38,758 nucleotides of DNA from a virus. The notes beneath the pieces were generated by a model, which worked only from the letters and a program-made list of their open reading frames with translations, did not search any database and was not told the DNA's origin. The stretch is taken from the IMG/VR virus record IMGVR_UViG_3300024346_000197; one strand, written 5' to 3'. Each line of letters begins with the position of its first letter. Positions within the stretch are counted from its first letter, which is position 1. Shown piece by piece: positions 32,308-38,758 of this stretch. Both the position numbers and the translations under genes were made by a program.

Positions 32308-32547
32308 ATGTCTATAGTTATGAAAGAATTCCGATGTTTAGAGTGTCTAAATGTGTTTATGGACTCAGAATTGCCACGTCGTGGCTCTATCTGCTTTAAG
32401 TGCCATATTAAGTCAGTCCGTCTTGGATTTACTTACGGACAAGAAGATTTCCACGGCCCAACCGTAAAGGAACGGGCAGATGAGCAGGTTCGTGTAGCCA
32501 AAGAGGCCGGCATTACTGCCGAGCCAGTAGGTAGTCGTTGGGTTTGA
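32308..32547 (+). CDS. Zinc-ribbon protein (79 aa)
   Basis: FRCLECLNVF...SICFKCH has C-x2-C ... C-x2-C. Confidence 0.6.
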   Translation: MSIVMKEFRCLECLNVFMDSELPRRGSICFKCHIKSVRLGFTYGQEDFHGPTVKERADEQVRVAKEAGITAEPVGSRWV

Positions 32548-32548
32548 G

Positions 32549-32749
32549 ATGGAGATGGTCTGGGTTCCAATTATTGTCGCAATCATCTCAGGACCGCTCG
32601 TTGTGGTATTACAAAAACTTAGGAAAGAAAACACCAATCAACATGCTGAAGGACAAATCCTTCTTCGCATGGTTGGCACAAAAGTTGACAAAATAGCTAG
32701 CAAGCTTGACAACCATATTGGTTGGCATGAAGGTAAGAAGGAAGACTAA
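32549..32749 (+). CDS. Single-TM small membrane protein (66 aa)
   Basis: MEMVWVPIIVAIISGPLVVVLQKL is an N-terminal TM segment, followed by a charged helical tail ending in HIGWHEGKKED. Confidence 0.6.
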   Translation: MEMVWVPIIVAIISGPLVVVLQKLRKENTNQHAEGQILLRMVGTKVDKIASKLDNHIGWHEGKKED

Positions 32750-34602
32750 TGGCACGAACTTCTAATCAGGAACTCATTACCAAATACCGTGGCAAGATAG
32801 AGCAATCACGACGTTGGCGTCGTGAAGAACGATACGACGACCTTTGGGGTCGCATGGTTGACATGTATCGTGGCAAACACTACAAGACACAAATGCCAGA
32901 AGACCGTTTGCTTGTCAACATGGCTTTTGCGACAATTAACGTTATTGCACCAAGCGTTTCTGTTAACTATCCAAAGATTGTTGTTAATGCAAAGAATGTC
33001 GAAGATGCACCAAAAGCGGTAATCACAGAAGAGATTGTGAACTATTGGTGGAGGCATTTTGAGTGCCAACGTGAGTTTCGTCGTTCAGTAAAAGACATGC
33101 TTATCTGCGGACATGGATGGTTGAAAACTGGTTATCGTTTTGTCGAAAAAGGTGTTGAAGATTATGACACTGCAGACGAAATGGCTACTGCTGAATCAAT
33201 AACGGAATCTGAACTTATTATTACAGAAGACCGACCATTTGTTGAGCGTATTTCACCATTTGACGTTTTTGTAGATGCAGATGCAACATCAATGTCTGAT
33301 GTTCGCTGGATTGCTCAACGCATTCGTCGCCCTTTGAAAGATGTGAAAAAGGACAAGCGTTATAACTCTGCTGCTCGAAACGAAGCATCACCATCACACT
33401 ATTCAAAGTGGAGTGTTGATGAATGGCGTGGAAGTTTGCGACCACGACGTGGGGATAACCCAGATGATTCATATGTTGAAATTTGGGAATACTACGACAT
33501 TGACCGTGACACTATTTCGGTATTCTGTGACGGTGGAGACAAGTTCTTGATTGCTCCAACCAAGATTCCATTTGCATTTGGTCATCCATTTGTAATGTTG
33601 CGAAACTATGACATTCCAGACCATTTCTACCCAATGGGTGAATTAGAGGCAATTGAACCATTGCAAATGGAATTGAACCAAACTCGTACACAAATGATGA
33701 ATCATCGCAAGCGATTCTCACGCAAGTGGCTTTACCGTGAATCTTCTTTTGATGCAGATGGTCGTGCAGCTCTAGAATCCGATGAAGACAACGTACTTGT
33801 ACCTGTTATTTCAGAAGACGGATTGAGCAACGCAGTTGTTCCAATGCCGGCAGTTATTAGTCCACCAGAGTTTTACAACCAGTCAGAATTGATTTCAAAC
33901 GATATCAACCAGATATCTGGTGTTTCCGAATACATGCGTGGTGCTTTGCCAGAAATTAGGCGAACAGCAACCGAGGCTGGAATTGTTCAGGACGCAGCAA
34001 ATGCTCGTGCATCAGACAAGCTTGCAGCAATCGAGCGTACTATTGCCGATTGTGGTCGAAGATTGGTGATGCTGGCACAGCAATATATGACTGGTGAACA
34101 AGCAATTCGTGTTGTTGGGGCAGGGGAAAAGCGAGCTTGGGTTCGCTTTGACCGTGACTACATTCAAGGTGAATTTGATTTTGAGGTAGAAGGTGGTTCT
34201 ACTCAACCAACAAACGAATCTTTCCGTCGTCAATCTGCAATGCAGATTATGGATGCAATGGCTCCGTTTATTCAGAGTGGAATTATTAATATCCAGAAAT
34301 TGGCAGAATACGTTTTGCAATACGGTTTTGGTGTAAAGCAACCATCAATGTTTATTGCTGCCCCTGAACCTCCTCCAGCGCCTGAGCCACCTGCTCCGCC
34401 GATGGAGCAAATGCCACCACAAGGCATGCCACCACAAGGTCTTCCACCAGAAGCAATGATGCAAGGGGGGCCACCTATGGGTGGACCACCACCAGGATTA
34501 CCTCCTGAACTTGCACAACTTCCGCCTGAGTTGTTAATGCAACTCATGCAAGGTGGAGGAATGCAAGGTGGAATGCCGCCAGGTATGCCACCAGGCATGT
34601 AA
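32749..34602 (+). CDS. Portal protein (617 aa) with a Pro/Gly/Met/Gln-rich C-terminal tail
   Basis: Size and position fit: after TerL and before scaffold and capsid. TAATG coupling. The last ~80 aa are low complexity: PPAPEPPAPPMEQMPPQGMPPQGLPPEAMMQGGPPMGGPPPGLPPE...GGMQGGMPPGMPPGM. Confidence 0.8.
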   Translation: MARTSNQELITKYRGKIEQSRRWRREERYDDLWGRMVDMYRGKHYKTQMPEDRLLVNMAFATINVIAPSVSVNYPKIVVNAKNVEDAPKAVITEEIVNYWWRHFECQREFRRSVKDMLICGHGWLKTGYRFVEKGVEDYDTADEMATAESITESELIITEDRPFVERISPFDVFVDADATSMSDVRWIAQRIRRPLKDVKKDKRYNSAARNEASPSHYSKWSVDEWRGSLRPRRGDNPDDSYVEIWEYYDIDRDTISVFCDGGDKFLIAPTKIPFAFGHPFVMLRNYDIPDHFYPMGELEAIEPLQMELNQTRTQMMNHRKRFSRKWLYRESSFDADGRAALESDEDNVLVPVISEDGLSNAVVPMPAVISPPEFYNQSELISNDINQISGVSEYMRGALPEIRRTATEAGIVQDAANARASDKLAAIERTIADCGRRLVMLAQQYMTGEQAIRVVGAGEKRAWVRFDRDYIQGEFDFEVEGGSTQPTNESFRRQSAMQIMDAMAPFIQSGIINIQKLAEYVLQYGFGVKQPSMFIAAPEPPPAPEPPAPPMEQMPPQGMPPQGLPPEAMMQGGPPMGGPPPGLPPELAQLPPELLMQLMQGGGMQGGMPPGMPPGM

Positions 34603-34647
34603 CGATAAATCCTTACATATAGAGCAACCCTTGGAGGACTCAAAGCA

Positions 34648-35433
34648 ATGAGCGAAATAACTGGCAATGAAGTCGAGACTGAATCGGCCCCTTTAGAGGG
34701 ACAACCGCAGGAAGTTGTAGATGTAGTTGAAAACCTTAGCGAAGCGGAAATTCAACTGCTTCCTGTTGACGAGTACGGTGACAAATATGTTTCCGTTCAG
34801 GTCAATGGTGAAGAAATAAAAGTTCCACTCAAAGAGGCGCTTTCTGGGTACCAGCGTCAGGCGGATTACACCCGCAAGACACAGGAACTTAGTGAGCAAC
34901 GACGTCAAGTTCAATTTGGTACAGCCTTGCAGGAAGCCTTGCAAAGCAATCCCAAAGAGACTTTGGAACTACTGAGTAAGCATTACGGACTAAACGAGTC
35001 AACCCTTTCGGAAGAAGAGGAACTCCTGTTAGACCCGGTTGAAAAGCAGTACCGACAGTTGGAACAACGAGTCCAAGCTTTTGAACAACAAAAAGCGATG
35101 GAGGAGTTGGACAGGACTGTTGCGACGTTGCAGAGCCGATACGGTTCTGATTTTGATGCAAACGAAGTTGTATCAAAGGCTTTGGCCATTGGTTCAACAG
35201 ATTTGGAAGCGGTTTACAAGCAGATGAAGTTTGACAGTATTTACGAAGACGCACAAGTTGTTCGTGGATTACGTGCTAAGAAAGCTCAGGAGACTGAGCA
35301 ACTTACACAAGCCAAACGGAGTTCTGGTGTTGTAAGCAGTGGAACATCATCTGTCAGTGCCGATGTATCAGCAAAACCTATTACATCATTGCGAGACGCT
35401 TTTGAAGCCGCCAAACGGCAACTAAACGTCTAG
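34648..35433 (+). CDS. Scaffolding protein (261 aa)
   Basis: RBS ggagga. Acidic and helical/coiled-coil rich (Glu/Gln/Leu). It sits between the portal and the major capsid gene. Confidence 0.7.
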   Translation: MSEITGNEVETESAPLEGQPQEVVDVVENLSEAEIQLLPVDEYGDKYVSVQVNGEEIKVPLKEALSGYQRQADYTRKTQELSEQRRQVQFGTALQEALQSNPKETLELLSKHYGLNESTLSEEEELLLDPVEKQYRQLEQRVQAFEQQKAMEELDRTVATLQSRYGSDFDANEVVSKALAIGSTDLEAVYKQMKFDSIYEDAQVVRGLRAKKAQETEQLTQAKRSSGVVSSGTSSVSADVSAKPITSLRDAFEAAKRQLNV

Positions 35434-35456
35434 CGTTCAATTAAGGAGAAATCAAT

Positions 35457-36401
35457 ATGCCATCGGCAAATAGTAACTTTGATAACTTGCTCACAACTAC
35501 GCTTGCGAACTATCGCAGCCAGTTGACTGACAACGTTTTCACCGCACGCCCACTCACCTACCAACTCATGGACAAGGGTCGCATTCGTATGCTTAACGGC
35601 GGTACGAAGATTGTTGAACCTCTTATCTACGGCAAGAACTCAACTGTCGGTTCATATAGCGGATACGATTCGCTTGCTTTGACCCCGCAGGAAGGTATCT
35701 CGGCTGCTGAGTACGAATGGAAGCAGTATGCTGCATCCATTTCAATCAGCGGTATTGAAGAAGCCAAGAACAACGGTGAACAAGAAATCATCAACTTGCT
35801 CGAAGCCAAGATTATGCAGGCTGAAGAGTCAATGCGTGAGTCTTTCAACCAGATGTTCTTCGCTGACGGAACTGGCAACAGTTCAAAGGACTGGAACGGT
35901 CTTGGTAACTTGGTTGAATCCGGCAACACCGTTGGTGGAATCAACTCGTCAACTTCAGGCAACGAATTCTGGCGTTCGTACGAGGAAAACACCGCAACTG
36001 CGTTGACTCTTGCACAAATGGCAACTGCTTACAACACGACTTCGGTTGGTAATGACCACCCAGACGTCATTTTGAGCACCCAGACTTTGTTTGAGAAGTA
36101 TGAAGCATTGCTTCAACCAAACCTTCGTTTCACGGACACTAAGACTGCAGATGCTGGATTCCAGAACCTGTTGTTCAAGGCTGCTCCGATTATGTACGAC
36201 GTACATTGCACCGCTGGTGTTATGTACTTCCTCAACACGAAGTACCTCACACTTGTCGGCCACAGTGACAAGTGGTTTGCTCAGACGGACTTTGTCAAGC
36301 CAGAAGACACAGATGCTCGCTATGCGCTCATCATGTGCTACGGAAACCTCACCTGCCGCAACCGTGCGAAGCAGGGCAAACTCACGGCAAAGACCGCCTA
36401 A
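35457..36401 (+). CDS. Major capsid protein (314 aa)
   Basis: RBS aaggaga. Size and position fit. MPSANSNFDNLLTTTLANYRSQLTDNVF...IVEPLIYGKNSTVGSYSGYDSL...AAEYEWKQYAASISISG resembles phage major capsid N-terminal regions. A hairpin terminator follows the next gene. Confidence 0.8.
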   Translation: MPSANSNFDNLLTTTLANYRSQLTDNVFTARPLTYQLMDKGRIRMLNGGTKIVEPLIYGKNSTVGSYSGYDSLALTPQEGISAAEYEWKQYAASISISGIEEAKNNGEQEIINLLEAKIMQAEESMRESFNQMFFADGTGNSSKDWNGLGNLVESGNTVGGINSSTSGNEFWRSYEENTATALTLAQMATAYNTTSVGNDHPDVILSTQTLFEKYEALLQPNLRFTDTKTADAGFQNLLFKAAPIMYDVHCTAGVMYFLNTKYLTLVGHSDKWFAQTDFVKPEDTDARYALIMCYGNLTCRNRAKQGKLTAKTA

Positions 36402-36429
36402 GACCACTAACCAATAAGGAGAAATCAAA

Positions 36430-36843
36430 ATGCCATTAGTAGCAACTGACACAGCGGGTGCGGTAACACGCAAGCGTCTTGAAGCATGGGTAGCAAAAGA
36501 AGAAAAGGTAACTGTTGTTGCCGCTTCTGATGCTGCAACAACAATTACAGCAGCAACTCTTGCTGGTGCAGGTCGTGTGGTTTACACGATGACACCAACA
36601 GCAGCACGTACCTTGACCACACCAACTGGTGCGGAACTTGGTGCAGCATTCACCGACGAAGCAGTAGGGTCCTCATTTCAGGTCACTATTATTAACCTCG
36701 CTGGTGCAACGCATGCTGTGACTTTCACCGCCGGTGCATCTGGTGTAACAATTGTTGGTGGAGGTTCTGTTGCGGCAGCATCATCAGCAACATTTGTTGG
36801 TGTATTCACTGCAGCAGACACGGTATCTTTTTACCGAGAGTAA
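36430..36843 (+). CDS. Ala/Thr/Gly/Val-rich beta protein (137 aa), possible capsid decoration or minor capsid protein
   Basis: RBS aaggaga. It lies immediately after the major capsid gene and inside the same terminator-bounded unit. Confidence 0.6.
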   Translation: MPLVATDTAGAVTRKRLEAWVAKEEKVTVVAASDAATTITAATLAGAGRVVYTMTPTAARTLTTPTGAELGAAFTDEAVGSSFQVTIINLAGATHAVTFTAGASGVTIVGGGSVAAASSATFVGVFTAADTVSFYRE

Positions 36844-36856
36844 GTAATTGAATCTG

Positions 36857-36888
36857 GGGGGGTGGGCAGAAACCCACTCCCCTATTTC
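36857..36888 (+). terminator. Intrinsic terminator candidate after the capsid unit
   Basis: 10-bp G-rich stem (ggggggtggg / cccactcccc, one G-U pair) with a 6-nt loop, followed by tatttc. Confidence 0.6.
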
Positions 36889-36901
36889 AAAAGGAGCAAT
36901 A

Positions 36902-37057
36902 ATGCCTTACAAGTATTCAATTCTTTCCAACCATGCGGATGCAACTCCTAAGGCTGGAACAAAGACTTCTAACTATCCTCCAAAAAAGGAAGGCAAGAAG
37001 CATGAGAAAACCGAATCAAAAGCAGAGCGTAAAGCAGAATATGGGAGTATGAGTTAA
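36902..37057 (+). CDS. Small basic protein (51 aa from ATG 36902)
   Basis: RBS aaggag at 36891. MPYKYSILSNHADATPKAGTKTSNYPPKKEGKKHEKTESKAERKAEYGSMS. Confidence 0.55.
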   Translation: MPYKYSILSNHADATPKAGTKTSNYPPKKEGKKHEKTESKAERKAEYGSMS

Positions 37058-37058
37058 C

Positions 37059-37730
37059 ATGGCAAGCAAGAAGTCTGGTTATAACAAATCTGGTGGAAAA
37101 AAGAACGACCCAAATCGTGCAAAGTTTGTTGACAAGTATGTTAAACAAAACACGAAATCAGCTGACCGTCCTGCAACAAAGAAGCAAGCACGTAATGCTT
37201 ACTATTTGACTTCTGTGGATGACAAAAAGGGTACTCGTGGGGCAAAGAGCACTGGTGCAAAAGCAAAGACACCTTCTGGTTTAATGTCAAGTGCTCGTGC
37301 AGATGGCAGGAAGCCTGGAACTCGTTCTGGTTCAATTTCTGGAACTCGTGCAGATGGCAATAAGCCAGGCGCACGTGTTCGTGGTATGGATAATGCTGGT
37401 CCGAATGTTCGTGCTGGTGTAGGTCGCAAAGCAACTTATCCTCCTAAGTCGGCCGGTATGGCTGGTGCAAGCAAGGAAAAGCGTGTTGCTGGAAAGCCAA
37501 CACGAAACCCTTCAACAATTCGTGAAGGTGGTCCAAGTCAGTATTCCAACATGGATGCAGCAATAGAACTTGGTAGATACCTTATTGGAAGCAAGCCCGG
37601 AAAAGTTAAGGGTCGTGACATGCGTGCAAAAGAAGGTATGGGTTCAACTCGTGCAAAGACTTCAAGCAAGGCTCCACGTTCAAAGCCAAAGGCAACTGGT
37701 CGTCGAGACAAGAATCGTCGTACCTACTAA
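37059..37730 (+). CDS. Very basic, low-complexity (K/R/G/S/A/T) protein (223 aa); putative packaged DNA-binding or internal head protein
   Basis: ATG lies 1 nt after the upstream stop. There is almost no hydrophobic core. The internal repeat ARADGRKPGTR / TRADGNKPGAR corresponds to an exact 15-nt repeat ctcgtgcagatggca at 37294 and 37345. Confidence 0.7.
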   Translation: MASKKSGYNKSGGKKNDPNRAKFVDKYVKQNTKSADRPATKKQARNAYYLTSVDDKKGTRGAKSTGAKAKTPSGLMSSARADGRKPGTRSGSISGTRADGNKPGARVRGMDNAGPNVRAGVGRKATYPPKSAGMAGASKEKRVAGKPTRNPSTIREGGPSQYSNMDAAIELGRYLIGSKPGKVKGRDMRAKEGMGSTRAKTSSKAPRSKPKATGRRDKNRRTY

Positions 37731-37732
37731 TC

Positions 37733-38326
37733 ATGGCTACTAAGAAGCAGAAACCTGCTGTAGCAAAACGTGTTGCTGACCGCAAAGCGTTTGTTAAAGA
37801 CAAGGTTGCTTCAAAGGGTATTACTGCTAAGCAGGCTCGTCAGCGGTTTTATGTTCAGACTCGAATGGCTGAACTTAAGGCCGCTGGTAAGACTGTTACT
37901 CCTGAGATGCGTAAGCAGCTTCAGCAGAAGTTTCAGTCTGGCAATGTAAGTCGTCAGGGTTTTGCTGCACCAAAGAAGAAGACTGGTACAACTAAAAAGG
38001 TTGTTCCACTAAAGAGTGCTGTCAGGACTCCTAGTAGTTCATATATGGACCCGAAGAAACGACCTGCTGCTAAAATCCCTAATAGTTCATACATGAATCC
38101 AAAGAAGACTGGTAAATCTGCAGCGAATATTTCCTCAACTCGTACTGGTGTGAATGCTAATCATTCGCAACGTAGTGCCACACAGGTTATTCGAAATCAA
38201 GATGCTCTTTTGCCTAGAAGGACTAACCCATCAACTAGATATGCTCCGACCTATTCAATTGGGCAGTATGTTCGTCGTGCTGAAGCGTACACCCCAGGCA
38301 AAAAGGCAGTAGCAAAAAAGAAATAG
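37733..38326 (+). CDS. Second very basic low-complexity protein (197 aa)
   Basis: The N-terminal motif AKQARQRFYVQT parallels KKQARNAYYLTS in the previous protein. Internal repeat: TPSSSYMDPKK / IPNSSYMNPKK. Confidence 0.7.
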   Translation: MATKKQKPAVAKRVADRKAFVKDKVASKGITAKQARQRFYVQTRMAELKAAGKTVTPEMRKQLQQKFQSGNVSRQGFAAPKKKTGTTKKVVPLKSAVRTPSSSYMDPKKRPAAKIPNSSYMNPKKTGKSAANISSTRTGVNANHSQRSATQVIRNQDALLPRRTNPSTRYAPTYSIGQYVRRAEAYTPGKKAVAKKK

Positions 38327-38349
38327 GTAACAAATCGGGCTAGTTGTAT

Positions 38350-38562
38350 ATGAAAAACGCCGTACCTGCCCATTCTTACTACGGACAGCCAGTATTTGGT
38401 ATCCGCCTAGCCCCGACAGCGGGAGCAAAGATTGCTGCTCCGTCTGCGCCCTATGTGGGTCGCAACCGCTGTATAGCCAATGAGGACTCTTGCGAGGGTC
38501 CGAAGGCACGGGGTACGGATTATTGCATTGGACATTTGAGGTCACAAGGACGGGCTAAATGA
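38350..38562 (+). CDS. Small protein with a C-terminal Cys/His motif (70 aa from ATG 38350)
   Basis: RCIANEDSCEGPKARGTDYCIGHLR has the pattern C-x6-C ... C-x2-H, which is zinc-knuckle-like. The stop overlaps the next ATG (ATGA). Confidence 0.55.
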   Translation: MKNAVPAHSYYGQPVFGIRLAPTAGAKIAAPSAPYVGRNRCIANEDSCEGPKARGTDYCIGHLRSQGRAK

Positions 38563-38758
38563 GTATTAGTTTGAACACTCTTCGCTCACAGGTTCGCACA
38601 ATGGCTGACCTTGATGAAGTGGACTTGCCAAACACAATTGTTGACCAGTTTGCTCGTGAAGGCTTCCAACGCATTTATGCGCTGGAACGCCGCTGGCCAT
38701 ACCTACAAGAAACCTACACATTCAACACGGTTGTCAATCAACGAGAATACACCATTTC
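38559..38758 (+). CDS. 5' portion of the wrap-around adaptor-like CDS (continues at base 3..623)
   Basis: ATG 38559 overlaps the upstream TGA. MSISLNTLRSQVRTMADLDEVDLPNTIVDQFAREGF... runs off the window end inside the terminal repeat. Confidence 0.6.
   Translation, partial: MSISLNTLRSQVRTMADLDEVDLPNTIVDQFAREGFQRIYALERRWPYLQETYTFNTVVNQREYTI
38632..38758. repeat. Terminal direct repeat, copy 2 (identical to 1..127)
   Basis: Same 127 nt as the window start. Offset is 38631. Confidence 0.95.

Overview
The window is a complete, self-closing genome of a tailed dsDNA phage. Bases 1..127 are repeated exactly at 38632..38758, so the unique length is 38,631 bp, and one CDS reads in frame across the junction. 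There are two divergent arms. The plus-strand late arm runs 26615 -> window end -> 1 -> 13251. It encodes a TerS-like HTH protein, a roughly 3.6 kb block of small, Cys-rich or exported proteins, holin-like proteins, TerL, portal, scaffold, major capsid, three very basic proteins, an adaptor-like and a nozzle-like tail protein, Q-rich internal proteins, a 2467-aa giant protein and an M15 peptidase. The minus-strand early arm runs 26569 -> 13109. It encodes many small acidic or coiled-coil proteins, an amidoligase plus class-II glutamine amidotransferase pair, WhiB, an SLT transglycosylase, a Cas4-like exonuclease, a DnaB-type helicase, an AEP prim-pol, RusA, a possible PD-(D/E)XK nuclease and a sigma region-4-like HTH protein. 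Gene order is podovirus/T7-like: portal-scaffold-capsid ... adaptor-nozzle-internal proteins, with no tape measure, sheath or tube. I saw no prohead protease, DNA polymerase, RNA polymerase, integrase, tRNA or CRISPR. WhiB and hairpin terminators that lack U-tracts point to an actinobacterial host; this is inference. Genes are tightly coupled, with many ATGA or TAATG overlaps. The exceptions are three structured non-coding stretches in the early arm: 18308..18451, 23373..23641 and an 800-bp G/C-homopolymer-rich region at 25451..26251. All functional calls rest on motifs read by eye and on gene order. No database search was possible.
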